Below, one piece after another: positions 46,888 through 59,295 of a DNA stretch of 64,000 nucleotides (positions are counted from its first letter, which is position 1; each line of letters starts with the position of its first letter). The translations under genes were made by a program, and so were the position numbers. The notes beneath the pieces are model-generated. The model was not told the origin of the DNA. It saw only the letters and a list, made by a program, of their open reading frames with translations, and searched no databases. This DNA comes from Eukaryota sp. GEM-RC1. Lineage: Eukaryota. The stretch spans positions 1,426,001 through 1,490,000 of the forward strand of contig JAUFOQ010000016.1 of NCBI GenBank assembly GCA_040285855.1, in the 5' to 3' direction.

Positions 46888-47326
46888 TTACTGATTTTTG
46901 GCAAGAAACACTGCTGCAAGACCAATGGCCCCAGCAGCTGCAAAGCCGGCTTTTTGCAACATCCTTTTCCTTTTCCATCAGTGATTAATTTCTTTAACTG
47001 TCTGGCTTGAGGATGATCTGGTTGTAGCTGAAGAGCATTCTTGATGAATTGTTCTGCTTGTGCATACTTTTCTAGTTTGTAATGTCCGAGACTACTGAGG
47101 TACATGATTTGAAGTTTTTCTGTAAAGTCTCCACTTGAAGCAAGCAGTTCATGGAAGATGGCTAATCCAGCATTGATATTAGACTCGTTATTTGAATGTA
47201 CAGAAGCAAAAGCATAAGTAAAACAGTTGTCACGGTTGCTTGTATCAGAGAAGTATTTTTGCTCCATCTTTTGAATTCCTCATCAGGTAGAGGGTCGAAG
47301 ACGTGAACTGGTTCAGAGTGAGGCAT
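46888..47326 (-). CDS. FIS1: FIS1-like TPR tail-anchored fission protein (two apparent single-A deletions)
   Basis: FTYAFASVHS......GL.IF.EL, YLSSLGHYKL..Y..A......L...PDH.QA..LK; the shifted frame gives the tail anchor AGFAAAGAIGLAAVFLAKNQ*. Confidence 0.8.
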
Positions 47327-47993
47327 TTGTAGTGAAAGAAATATTGGTTTTACATTGAAAAAGTGAGTCTAGGTATGCCCAACACATATTTTATAGACAC
47401 CAAATACACAAATCAACCGACAGTATGCACAAAATCGTGTTAGATTACAGGTTGTGCTTTATGTTCATATGTAGTCTATCGTATAGAAGTTTAACTAAAA
47501 ATGACACACAATTGTCACTAGAGACAAAATCAATATAAAGACAATCAGATGTTGACTCATGACTGACAAAATAGAGAAGGAGTTTTTGAGTGTGACAAGG
47601 ATGTGTTGTGCTGGCAAATGGGACAATTGCTTTATGAAGGATATACAGAATTCATTAACAAAAAACAGACCATAACCCACATTAAGATGGAAATGAACCG
47701 ATGATGAAAAAGATGACCTCGAGTAAAGAAGTTCAGCCTATTAAAAGCCCAACGTCCTCATTTAGAAACCCATCACACCATCAAAGCCACAAGCTAGTTC
47801 AGTTGTGAAACGATACGAATTATTATCAAAAGTCCAAGAAATGTTCAGCAATGACAGACACGAAAGTAATGATGGTACGGTAAGTCGTGAGTAAGACTGT
47901 TCAGTAAAGAAGTACAGAAAAGTAGGAAGTTGTCAAGTCAATGTGTCACAAATAGCAAATCTCCAGCTTTCTCTCAACTTCATACTTTTCAAC

Positions 47994-48249
47994 ATGGGCA
48001 AAGACGCCACCAAACCTAGCGATAAAACTTCCACTCGTACTCACTTATACAAAGGGGTTCGTAATGTCCGCTTTCTCTGGAATAGATGTACTAAACCCGA
48101 CACAGATGGTAATGCTTATACTGAATCTTATCTTAGAACTTCGTGAGCTTGCCAAAAGTACGGCCATGGGCTTTGCCGTTATTGGTGGTCTTGGTTTTGT
48201 CGTTAAACTCATATTCATCCCAATCAACAACTTGCTACTAGTAAAGTAA
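47994..48249 (+). CDS. SEC61G: Sec61 gamma subunit, intron 48109-48136
   Basis: NRCTKPD.|E...LAKSTAMGFAVIGGLGFVVKLIFIPINN. Confidence 0.92.
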
Positions 48250-48467
48250 ACCCCAATTTATTGTGTTTTGTTTTTGTTCCTCTTCAGCTACTGTATATCT
48301 TGCGCTCCAATAAATGTCTCTGATCGTGTATTTCAATCGTCACTTCACCATCATCTTAATCTGGGATTTGTCTTCACATTTTTAAACAAACTGAACGTCA
48401 AGCAAAAGTACAATATTTTGTGACTCAGTTTTCTGAGTTCAATTACAGTAACCATTTTACAGACTTG

Positions 48468-49727
48468 ATGGCATCCATCGATGTTCAGCAGGAGCTAGCA
48501 GCTGTCTCACGTCTTCTAGAACTTCCTTCTACCTTCAGGCAGGATTCGAATCATCTCATTCATACTCTCTATGTCCAGCAAGATTTTGATGAATGTCTTT
48601 CTTTAATTGAGTCCATCTTGGAAGAGTCCAATGGCCTCTGTGAATATGCTGTTTATACAAAGGCATTGATCTTTCGACATCAGGGTCGCATTGATGAATC
48701 TCTTCAACTCTTTCATGTTGCTACTTTCTTAAATCCACATTCTGTCCGCAATATTAAACAGGTTGGCCGCTCACTCTATCTGCTTGGCAAACATCGTAAC
48801 GCCATTGAAGTCTTTGAAGAAGCATACAGTCTAGGAATTGACGATTGGGAGATTTGGTATCTCAAAGGCCTATGTCACATGCACATCAAGAACTTTGAGA
48901 AGGCAATATCTTGTTTCGACCAGTCAATCCTCCATCAGCCTCAGGACTGTTCCTACACTCAGCTAGGTCGTTGTTACACTCTTTCTGGCCAATACAAGGC
49001 AGCAATGAAAGTATACCAAGAAGCCCTCGCCCATTCTCCTGATAATGCCAAACTTCTTACCACTCTAGGCTTACTCTGTCTTCGAATGGGTGCACTCCCC
49101 AAGGCTTTTGACTTCCTCGGAACTGCTCTGACCATTGATCCTCGTGATCCTAAAGCTATTCTAGCAGCAGGGTCAATGATTCAGGATAATGCTGATAATG
49201 ATGTAGCCCTGACTAAGTATAGGCTGGCAGTTAAGAAGATCCCTACGTCAGCTCAATTATGGAATAACATTGGAATGTGTTTCTTTGGGAGAAGTGACTA
49301 CTTAGCTTGTATTGCTTGTTTAAAGAAGGCTCTTTACCACGGACCTTTCGAGTGGATAATTCCATTTAATTTAGGGTTAGTTTACATTAATACTGGCCAG
49401 TACGCCTCGGCTTTTCATTACTTGTCAGCAAGTCTTAACTTTAAAGCAGATTTCCCTCTGGGATTCATGTATCTTGGATTAGTATTGGGTAAGCTCAATG
49501 ACTTGGATAATTCCAGAGCTTGTTATGTCCGATCGTTGGAACTTAAAGAGTCTTGGCTAACTAGACTCAATTATTGTGCTACTTTGGCTAACTTTTCCCT
49601 TATTGATGAGGCTAAAGCTGAGTACGTGGAGTTTGAGGAGTTGTTTAAGGAAGTTTCTGAGGAAGAGAGAGGGGAGGATCCTGAAGTTATACCACTGAGG
49701 AATAAGTTAAAGATGTTGTTGTTTTGA
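48468..49727 (+). CDS. BBS4: BBSome subunit 4 (TPR protein)
   Basis: GLCEYA.Y.KALI.R.QG.I.ESL, NIKQVGRSL.LLGKH, AILAAGSMIQ, LWNNIGMCFFG and GQYASAFHYLSA. Confidence 0.92.
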   Translation: MASIDVQQELAAVSRLLELPSTFRQDSNHLIHTLYVQQDFDECLSLIESILEESNGLCEYAVYTKALIFRHQGRIDESLQLFHVATFLNPHSVRNIKQVGRSLYLLGKHRNAIEVFEEAYSLGIDDWEIWYLKGLCHMHIKNFEKAISCFDQSILHQPQDCSYTQLGRCYTLSGQYKAAMKVYQEALAHSPDNAKLLTTLGLLCLRMGALPKAFDFLGTALTIDPRDPKAILAAGSMIQDNADNDVALTKYRLAVKKIPTSAQLWNNIGMCFFGRSDYLACIACLKKALYHGPFEWIIPFNLGLVYINTGQYASAFHYLSASLNFKADFPLGFMYLGLVLGKLNDLDNSRACYVRSLELKESWLTRLNYCATLANFSLIDEAKAEYVEFEELFKEVSEEERGEDPEVIPLRNKLKMLLF

Positions 49728-50699
49728 GCTTGAATTGGATTTTTGTCAGTTGTTTGTATAGATTCTTCTACCTTAAGTTGAGGTACTTGTATATGTTGTA
49801 GACTATTCTTAAGTCGAATTATTGACGATCTTTTAATTTAATAATTTCGCACTATTTATACCACCTCAGTTTCAAAATGAATACAAATGTAATCTTTTTG
49901 AATATTCCTATTTTGTTTCGATATTTCTTTGACCAATCACAAAAAGTTATTATAAGAAAGCTTGCTTCATATAGAAGAGATATGGACGTCATGATCTTAT
50001 TGATGGTGGTTTTCTGGACAATTAGTTTCAACTAAAACATTCGAAAAAATCTCCCACATTTTTAACAACTTTTATTTTTAACAGAAATGAATCAAAGCAT
50101 TTGCAGCACATAATTTAGCATTAAAGTATTAGTACAAGCTTGCTATGATCAAATGGTCAATAACCAACACAAATCTTCTATTAGGACTATAAATAATGTA
50201 CTGTTAGGCGCCAAATAAAATCCTGGGTCACTAAATTATAGCCCACCCCCAATCTGGGTCACTATTAGGATTCTTTTACGTTTGATCACAAATGATCTAA
50301 AAATCAACTTTAATTTGTCTATAATAATATAGCACTCTAGTCGTAGACTGCAACCGCATCATTATCCATCTCCAAGTTCTATGAATTGTTGAGTTGAAGA
50401 AGGTCATCGATATTTTCATCAGATGATGAATCCAATTCGATTACTTCATCCTCTTCATTTGATGAACATAGCGAAACTATTGATATCTAAGTGAGGACGG
50501 GGTGATGGATGACGAGAATCAATAAGGACCAGAAAAGACACTAGTACTTTGTTGGGTACCCAATAAAGTAACCTTCCTACAAAACTATGAAATTGTAAAA
50601 ACAAACAAATAATACTAAGATTAAATCCAATCGACTTCATCACCATCCGGTAAAAGATTACGTTTTTCAACATTAAGATTCACACCAAACTTGTACAAT

Positions 50700-50900
50700 T
50701 TCTCAATTAATCGAGAGAAATAGAAAGGCATATTCCGATATATGGAAAACACTGTACGGTTTTTCCATTCAGACTATCTAAACTTACGCTTCTTTTCATT
50801 ACACAGTTCTTCGAAATCCTTGAAAAATTGATCACCAGCAGGACTAATAGATCCAAAAAGAGAAACAGCAAAAGGTTGAAACACCAATTTGGAATATGAG
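50700..50900 (-). mobile_element. Decayed RLE-type non-LTR retrotransposon 3' fragment
   Basis: LVFQPFAVSLFGSISPAG..FFKDF....WKNRTVFSIYR parallels the tail of the 63.2-64 kb copy. Confidence 0.5.
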
Positions 50901-51149
50901 TTTCTATCTAATTCTTCTACTTGGGAGTCATCCTTGGAGTATAACTAGTACTAGTACTTGAAAAGACTCTAATTTTACTTCACTCCTCAACGTGTCAACG
51001 ACTCTTTCATCCATTTTGCCATATCGCTGACCGAAGATGCTCTAACCATTCTTCAATACAATTCCTGATAGTTGCTTTCATATGTTTGAATCTGATGTAC
51101 TCCACATACATACTATACGTTTTTTATAGAAACAATTTAAGGGTTAGAT

Positions 51150-51530
51150 CAGGGCACTTCAAAAAATAATTGTAATATATTGTGAAAATTTATGTTGCTT
51201 CAATACTGTATTGCAATAACTGGTTTATTTGCAATAATGTACTGCAATATGTTTCGACGACGAATTTGCTGCTTAAGTGCTACATTACTGTTATTTTATA
51301 CACTGGTATATACAACACCCGCCAATTTTATATTTTATGCTTTGAATACACCACGCTACTACTAGATCATGATAAAAACAACAGAAAAAACGGTTTCGGC
51401 AATTGGCTGAGTATTGCTTACAATAACTGCAATAACGAAACAACATGCAATACCGTACTGCAATATTCCGAGCAGTTGCAATACTGAATTGCAATAATTG
51501 CAAAATGCAATTATTTTTTGAAGAGTCCTG
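51150..51530. mobile_element. Non-autonomous hAT-type MITE
   Basis: 23-bp TIR CAGGRCWCTTCAAAAAATAATTG; TSD GGTTAGAT/GGTTAGAC; TGCAATA subterminal repeats. Confidence 0.85.
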
Positions 51531-51631
51531 GGTTAGACTGTGTTTTGACGAAAAGAATAAACTATAACATGCTATAAAACTACATACAGCAAGTAAGAAT
51601 TTAGTGAATATATACAACAAATTAATGTATT

Positions 51632-52456
51632 TTATTTCTTTGTACTAATCCACTTACCAATTAATCCAAGCAATTGCTCTGAATGTTGTGGTTTATGGAA
51701 CAAATGACTAGCACCATCAATAATGGTCATGAGACACCTGTCAGTGCAATCCTTGCAAGCAGCATAGTGAAGATACACATTCTCCACAGGAACAGTTCTG
51801 TCAAATGAACCATGTAAAAAAGCCATCTTTCTACTATCCAACTGAAGAGCCTCTGTGATTGCCAAGGGAATATCCGTGTTATCACGTTGCGCTATACGTT
51901 CTTTAGTTATTCGAATGAATCCTCTGCTGGTGGTCCAGTCAAAATACCCCTTGGTTTCCAACTCTTGAAGTTGTTCATCAGTGAAACGTTGTCTTGCCCC
52001 CTTTGAAGTCTGCACGTCCTGATATTGAGACGATTAGAGAAGGATCACTTGATTGATTGTACTTTTGGGAGTATAATACAACAGAATTGGCACCTTTAGA
52101 GTGTCCAATAAGACCAACTACAGAGAAACCTCGCTTCTCCAGTTCTAATCGTACGTTATGAATGTCATTGAGATCACTGGGTTCTGTACCATAAGTGGCA
52201 TTTCCAGGAGAATCACCACAGCCTGGAGAATCAAAGGCTAGCACGGAGAAGCCATTTTGAGTAAGTAGCTCTGAAAGTGCAGGGAAGAAAACATCTTCCT
52301 TGTGAGAAAAAAGTCCATGAACCACTGAGGTTAATGTCTATCGAAGAAGACAAACAGATTATGATGGGAAGAGAGAATGAATTGGAGGTGTGATTATTCC
52401 CATGATACAGTTTACAAGACAGATTCGCAATGGTAAGGTTTTTGTGAGGAAGGCAT
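51632..52456 (-). CDS. Alpha/beta hydrolase, intron 52325-52355 and frameshifts
   Basis: LVHG, FDSPGCGDS.G, GHSKG nucleophile elbow, HGSFDRTVP and IDGASH; start uncertain. Confidence 0.8.
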
Positions 52457-52462
52457 TTGACA

Positions 52463-54436
52463 ATGTCACTACAAGGGCTTTCGATTGCTATCGATGAATC
52501 TTCTTCTTTTAATATTCAAGCATCCTTATTGGTGTCAATCGATTCTCATTTATGTAAACGTCTCTTAAAAACTTCTCTTGTACCGGATTGGAATCCTCGT
52601 CGGCCATTACTTGGTCTTTTAAAAGAGATTCCCACATTCTTTGCAAAAGTTGGCTATGTCAGTCAACGTTTCCTTATGTGTTCTCTCCAAGGATTAAAGT
52701 TGTTTATTGAGACAACCACGTTTCTTTTGATCCCCAAAGACCTCCTTCTACTCTCCTCCATGGCTTCTTTCTTTGAAGCTGAGGTTCAATCTGTTTCGTT
52801 GCTTAATGACGGAACTTTGAGCGTTGATGATCTTCATGAGTATACCTCTATTATTTCAAAGTTAGATTTGAATTTAGAAGACTTGGACAACTTAGATATA
52901 TTCACAAACTCGTCTCCATATTTTCTTACAAATCTAAAGTCACTTAAACTTTTAATCAATTCAGATGACTCTTTTAAAATTGTTTGTGATTTACTCTAAT
53001 TCACTTCTACTATTATCGAATTAGATTTAATTTTTGATTCTCTGTCTTTCTCTCAAGTATTTTCTCTTCAAGAATTGTTTTCTCCCACCCCAACCTCCTT
53101 GATTAAGCTGATCCTCTCATCTCATTCCTTCAGTAACTCATCTCTTTCAGACAACCTACCATCATTGTTTACTTCATTGAGCAAGATTGCTGTTTTAGAC
53201 TTTTCCTATTTTGATATTACTGATTCTACTGTTTTAATTCCACTGTTTGCTAGTTCTGCTCTTAAAAGAGTTGTTCTTCCACGAGTTGATCTCATTAATT
53301 CTACAGTCTTTGATGGTCTCAAAGACAATTCTTCTCTTGTGGAACTAACTCTACAAAATAGCAAGTTTAATGTTGACGATCTTTGTAATGTTTTAAAATC
53401 TAACATATCTTTGAAAAAACTTAAAATATCCAGTTGTAACCTTGTTTATTCATCATTGTTTGATTTTCTCCAAGGTTCAACGTATTTGCTTGAACTGGAA
53501 CTTCTCCGGTCTCACACGTCGTTTGAAGAGCAAGATGTTTGTTCATTAATTGATATGTTTCAGAAGAATACAGATTTACTTTTATTAAAACTTGATAGTT
53601 CCTTTTTTAATTCATTTCAATTGCAATCAATTCTTAAGGGACTTCAGTGTAACTCAACTCTAAAGCACGTGAGCTTCCCCTTCTTGGATTTGAATTGTTT
53701 AATCATTGTTTTTGAATTTTTGACTTCGGCTTGTACACCAATAACGTGTACCATTGATGTTTCTCCTCATTTATTTGATCTTACACATGGGTTAGTTAGA
53801 TTGGAAAATGAACTTGGAATTTGTAGTTTGAATTCCATCTCTAGAGGTTTGATGGCAAACTTACCCATTAATACTATCTCATGTCTTGGATTAAGATGTT
53901 CGAATATTAAAGAATTCTTGGCATTATTTAAAGTTCTTTCTATCAACAAGGGAGTCCTCAATGTAAATCTTTTTCCTCACGTTATTGATATTGAAAAGGG
54001 TATTGTTTGTTTTTCTCCTGATCAAATCACGATTATTTACACTGAAGATTTATTAATTCTAAAGTCTCTTTTAAACCTTATGACTGTCAAACGGCTAGCT
54101 TTAAGAAGGTGTCGCTTTTGTAAAGATGCAATAACTGTTTTGTTTGATTTAGTTAGGACCAACAAATCATTGACTTCTGTTGACTTTAGCGACTGTCGAC
54201 TAAATGACGATGATGTGTTGAGTTTTATTAATCGATGTGACCTTTACTCTTGTGATTCAAACCTTACAGAAATTAATCTTAGTAATAACTGTATCACTTA
54301 TAAAGGTGCTTTGGCTCTAAATGAACTATTAAAGCAAAATTCAACAATTTCTGAGATTTGTCTAGAAAACAATTCTATCGACTTTCAAACCAAAATGTTT
54401 ATTGAATCCGACTCGTTTGATCGTATTTTACCTTAA
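52463..54436 (+). pseudogene. RI-like leucine-rich repeat gene with one in-frame TAA (52997-52999)
   Basis: Repeated L..N.SL..L.L..N units; the frame is continuous across the stop into ORF 53075-54436. Confidence 0.65.
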
Positions 54437-54502
54437 AATATGTTAAATATTTGTTTTTGGTTTTTTTTCTCACTGCTCTCTTTATTGACATACCAGTACC
54501 AG

Positions 54503-54613
54503 TAGAGCTGTCAACGACTTGAGTCACATGACTTGAATCTCCAAGTCGACTTGACTTTGACCTGAATCAAAGTAGGATATGACTTGACTCAAGTCGGTCG
54601 TTTGACAACCTTA
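54503..54613. repeat. Possible decayed MITE with GACTTGA repeats
   Basis: Imperfect ends TAGAGCTGTCAA/TTGACAACCTTA; several GACTTGA/TCAAGTC motifs; no TSD. Confidence 0.4.
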
Positions 54614-55249
54614 CGTCAATCATGAATTCTGAATCAAAGTACATGTACTTGAAAAATAGTTTTTCTAAATAGAACAAATTATCAAACGAACTACCAAATT
54701 CCGAAAAGTAGTTGCCTCCAAACAACTTGGACAAAATGGAATCAACATATCTATACATAGACCTAAAAATCGAAAAAGCAAATTTACTCTTCCAGTACGA
54801 TCTGTTAAACTTCTGTTCTAAATAGTGATTCAAATTAGTACACATGTAAATTTATGTTGTATTAGGCCCATTAAAGACTTACCAAGACTTTTAAGTGATG
54901 AGAAAGTGATTCATATAGAATAAAACCCGTTGATTTCTGTTGCAGCGGTCTACGTATTGTTTAACCAAACCATGGTTGTTTTTCCAACATTTGTATAGAC
55001 TAAATTATTCATATTTTACTAAAACGCCTTTTATTGACAATTACCTGAAAATTATAGTGTATTTTTTGAAATAACACACTGCACGCAATTACATTAACAC
55101 CAATTTTCCAATAAACCAGCTTATTAAACTCATGTGAACTTGAAGGTGAAATCTTTTCTCAATGATGACTCTCCGAGTTAAGTACTACTACGGCTTTTCA
55201 AGTAATATTGGAGGTAATACATGTTCTAATAGCACTTTGTAGAATTTCA

Positions 55250-55590
55250 CACAAATATCTGGTTGTCCTCTTAAGAAATAATTACGGACTATACTACGGT
55301 TGATCCTTGTAACTCAACTTATGTTAACAAAAGTTTAGACGAAAACTATTTAACTCTTGATACTGCTGAAAGCAAAAGTTAGATCGTTATGGCGAATTAA
55401 TTACTAAAATGAATTCTTGACGACACAATCCGATTGTTTTTCATCCTCTTGATTGTTTACGGAACGTTTGGCTATTTTTGACAAAAATTTCTCACATCTT
55501 TCGGCAAATTGTGTAAGCAGTATGGAAACTATTTTAATGAAAGTTAACGCAGAGGAAGGTTGTCATTTTCCATCTTTAAAGCATTCCTTA
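55250..55590 (+). mobile_element. Decayed RLE-type non-LTR retrotransposon 3' fragment
   Basis: DYTTVDPCNSTYVN, AESK and RLSFSIFK. A further tail fragment (KFNRSYWKSKFAFSIFR) lies on the minus strand at about 54750-54845. Confidence 0.55.
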
Positions 55591-55716
55591 GGTAGTTTGA
55601 TTCGATTTTGAACAGTCTCCTTGTATTGAAACATGAATTTGAGATGATGTAGATGAAATTACACCGAAGACGTTTCTTTCTCAAATCACTATTTGACACT
55701 TATAAGCTATTAGTTG

Positions 55717-56286
55717 ATGTCCAATGATACACTCTGGAGAGTCGTTCAAGCTTCTCATAAAGCCCTCCAACTTCAATGCTCTGAGTTTGGTCCATCTTCA
55801 AGAGAACTATCTGGTGCTTCCAATTTAATGACTCAGTTGCTACATCTCAAGCAAGAAATTGACCCAGATCAGGTTGAATCTCACGTCAAGCTCTCTTCCC
55901 AGCTTCATCAAATGTCCTCTCTCCTTAAATCCAAAGTATCTGAGTTCTCAAACACTACTGACGCCTTAAAAGCTCATATATCTGTTCAAGACAACACCAT
56001 TACCGATCTTCGCAAAGCAATTCAAACCAATCAAGAATCTCTCAAATGTAAGAACACTGAGATTGACAGCCTGCGGAGCCTTCTGTCTCAGTATGAAGGT
56101 GAAACTACATCTCTGAGACAACAGCTGAGTGATCAATCGAAGATTATTGAAGACCAATCAGATACTATTGACAAGTTGTTGTTTCAAGTTCAACGATTAG
56201 ATAATGCATGTGTGATTTATGAAGAGAAGTTATCCAAACCTCCTAAATTGACTAGTACTAGGAAGAGTCGAAAGAAGGCACCGTAA
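55717..56286 (+). CDS. Hypothetical coiled-coil protein
   Basis: Intact ORF of about 189 aa with heptad pattern and a basic C-terminus. Confidence 0.6.
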   Translation: MSNDTLWRVVQASHKALQLQCSEFGPSSRELSGASNLMTQLLHLKQEIDPDQVESHVKLSSQLHQMSSLLKSKVSEFSNTTDALKAHISVQDNTITDLRKAIQTNQESLKCKNTEIDSLRSLLSQYEGETTSLRQQLSDQSKIIEDQSDTIDKLLFQVQRLDNACVIYEEKLSKPPKLTSTRKSRKKAP

Positions 56287-56540
56287 AGAGATTCTATTCA
56301 AATGAACAACTATTAGATAGTCTGTTCAATCGTTAGTGATTGAATTCCATTGAATTTATCATGCTTCTTTTTGAAAAAAAGCTTTTTCTGTTGAAGAGTA
56401 GCTGTTGGTACACAATTCACCTGTGAACCATTGATGCCCTGTTCTTCTTTAGGACTACTACTCTTACTTGAACTCAGTTTAAAGAATTTAGAAGGGGGAG
56501 TTCAATTAGAACAGTATTGCTTGGCACATACGTTGAAATG

Positions 56541-57662
56541 CTATATTTGAAATATTACCAACTTTTTACAATTTGTAAGAAAAACCAAGGTATTTACGTT
56601 GATGGACACACCTTCAATCAGTGAATAAGTTGAGCTCAACTTCCTTATTTGAACAATTTGCTTGCTGTAAAAATCTATTCTAGCAATAAAAATTAAATTA
56701 TTTGAGAAAAATACAAACAAATTAGAATCTAAAGAGAAGAATCCTTTAATCTCCAAATTACTACATTGGGATACCTCCAATGCTGATATAACATCATGCC
56801 TAATAGCCTGGTCTTGTTTCTTCTTAGAAGGTGGTTTAATGAAGAAATGGTTAAAGAGAGTCTGTAGAGTGTGAATGTTATAAACAATTAAGGTATTCTT
56901 GGCAATAAAGAATAAATGAGAGTTTTGCCAAAAGGGAAACAAGCGTTGAAAACACAATTAATACTTAGTTCAGTAAAAGAGCATTCTTGAGACGTTAAAG
57001 AAAAACTTAGAATGAAATCAGAAAAAGAAGAATTAATAGAGTCTTGCATGGAGAAAAAAACATTTGCCGTAATTGGGCTAGAGATCTTGTACAGAATCGT
57101 TGTCGACAATATTGAACCAAGTTGATAGTAATGATAGGTTTTGACGACTTTGTAGGATCGAATATGAAGAGAGATCGCGAACGAGAAAGTAAAGCAATGA
57201 GAAAAGGAGATGAACATGAACATAGAAGAAGTGGAAAATCACTCGAAATAGAGGGGAGAGTCAGGATGGCGATTTCCTTTCTTTTTAAAGGGGAATAGAC
57301 AACAACAGCAGGACTAAGAGATGTGAAGGTTGATATGATTAGAGGTTGGTTGAAAGCTTCTGTCCATTGTGGATGAACAAAGCTACCCCATTTAGAGTTG
57401 AAGCGAAGAGTGGAGGAAAAGTTACTACGCAAGAACGCATCAGTAGGGTATATGTCAATAGCTTGAGATGTTGATAATCCGATGAATCTTCCACATGGAC
57501 TTGAAAGCAGTTTTGATGAAGAAGTAAGATTAGTTGTAGAAGTCTGTGGAAGTTCAAACGAGGAATGAGGCCTGTCAGAAGGATGATATTGATTAGGAGT
57601 ACATGAAAAGTCGTTGAGCAGACACCACATAGTAACAGACTTTGCCTGCACGATTTCGTCAT
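56541..57662 (-). CDS. Hypothetical beta-propeller-like protein split over several frames
   Basis: Three overlapping ORFs with WD-like strands (SPCGRFIGL, LFIFD, LIVYNI); ends uncertain. Confidence 0.4.
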
Positions 57663-58053
57663 GGCAACTATCAAATGTGGAGATTCAAATAGTTGTTTCA
57701 GTCAACCAGTTCAACCACAGTACAACACCACTTTAGAGTGCAATATTGTGTTGATAAATAGTTTTGATTGATTACTGAACAAATTTATGCTTTAGTCTCA
57801 TCGCAAAATTAATTTGCGGTTCAATTTTTAGACAGCCATATACAGTAATAAACTACAGGTTTCTGTGATGATTCGCTTCAATTCGTTTTCTGACATCGGT
57901 AAACAGATTGTTTTATGTCTTGGATCAAGAATGGAATTAGCAGCAGCATAGGTATTGTAGTTGAGCATGTTGGATTGTCGTGCTAGCTAGCAGAAGTTTG
58001 TTATTTTGATTCTCCATTATTTTCTCTCTTCGTCTAACCGGATCACAATCTTG

Positions 58054-58773
58054 ATGTCTGATCTTCCTCTAGATGATTTAAACCACGACTTTTGTGTTAG
58101 AGTTGCTGTCAGTGGTCCATCTAAGGCCGGTAAAACTTCCGTATTGTCATCATTTTGCTGTTCCAAGTCTGTAAGCGACCACAATCTTCCTTCTGCTGGT
58201 CCAATACCGAACTCATCTATATTCATCAGTTCTCAACCAGTACAGAGTGGAGGGTTTGGAAGTGACGCTCTCCATCGTTTTGAATACTGGGAGATTCCTT
58301 CTACTTCAGATACTGCTATAGTCAAACATCTTTTCTCAAGGTTTGCTGTCCATGTGTTTGTTATTGATGTCACTGACAAGAATTCTCTTTCTCAGCTAGA
58401 TAACCTCTTCAACTTGTTCTTGTGTCACTCCTATCAAACCTTCATTGTACTTGGCAATAAGGTTGATTCTAGTCATCGTAGACTTTCTGAAAAGGAAATA
58501 CGTCACTTTCTCAATCAAAAACGATCCTCTTTTGTTAATATATCTGATGCTTGTTATACAGAGGTTTCTGTTAACGACAACTTAAACGTGTTCGATGCTC
58601 TGCATGATCTTCAAGTGAACATTCTTCGATCTTTGGAGAATACCTCATTGACTATCCAGGAAATGTACTCCAGAGGAATTAAGAGGGGATCAATGATTGG
58701 TGTTGACCCTCGTGATGTAGTTGATGGTTTATGTGATAGTCATGATGATTTAATGGATTCTCTTTTTAATTGA
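58054..58773 (+). CDS. Atypical Rab-like small GTPase
   Basis: GPSKAGKT (G1), GNKVD (G4) and EVS (G5); G3 reads WEIPS; no C-terminal prenylation motif. Confidence 0.7.
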   Translation: MSDLPLDDLNHDFCVRVAVSGPSKAGKTSVLSSFCCSKSVSDHNLPSAGPIPNSSIFISSQPVQSGGFGSDALHRFEYWEIPSTSDTAIVKHLFSRFAVHVFVIDVTDKNSLSQLDNLFNLFLCHSYQTFIVLGNKVDSSHRRLSEKEIRHFLNQKRSSFVNISDACYTEVSVNDNLNVFDALHDLQVNILRSLENTSLTIQEMYSRGIKRGSMIGVDPRDVVDGLCDSHDDLMDSLFN

Positions 58774-58986
58774 TTGATTCCTTGCTGTTTTGAGACAATA
58801 TCTTTAGACAGTTCCAGGTGTAAGTTTATCTTGTGAAGATGACTTCTATCATTAATGTCATCATTTTCTTTACAAAACTGGAAATGGTTTCTATTACTAA
58901 TCATTTTTTTACGGTTTTACAGGCTTTCCATCACTTTTGATTGATTGATGTTTCTGTTAAAAAGCCTTCTTTCTACTCTGCAACAA

Positions 58987-59073
58987 AAGAGTTTTTGTGA
59001 TTGCCAAAGGAATATCCGCGTTATCACGTTGAGATATACGTTCTTTAGTTATTCGAATGTAATCCTTTCTGGT
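58987..59073 (-). pseudogene. Short diverged copy of an internal piece of the alpha/beta hydrolase gene
   Basis: GTGATTGCCAAAGGAATATCCGCGTTATCACGTTG..TATACGTTCTTTAGTTATTCGAATG matches about 51855-51917. Confidence 0.7.
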
Positions 59074-59295
59074 AAACAGTTCTTCTGAATCCTTTTCCTA
59101 GTTCAATGAAATCGTTTTGTGGCGTACTAGCAGTGTATGGGAGAGAAATCAAAACAATCTATAGCACTGTTTTTCGTTATTATAGTTTGATTGCGACTTT
59201 CTTACAAATATTAAATATTATATAACAATTCACAAAAATATAAATGCTGAAACAATATACAATGTAACTAAAGCCTCACAAACTAAATTCTTAAA

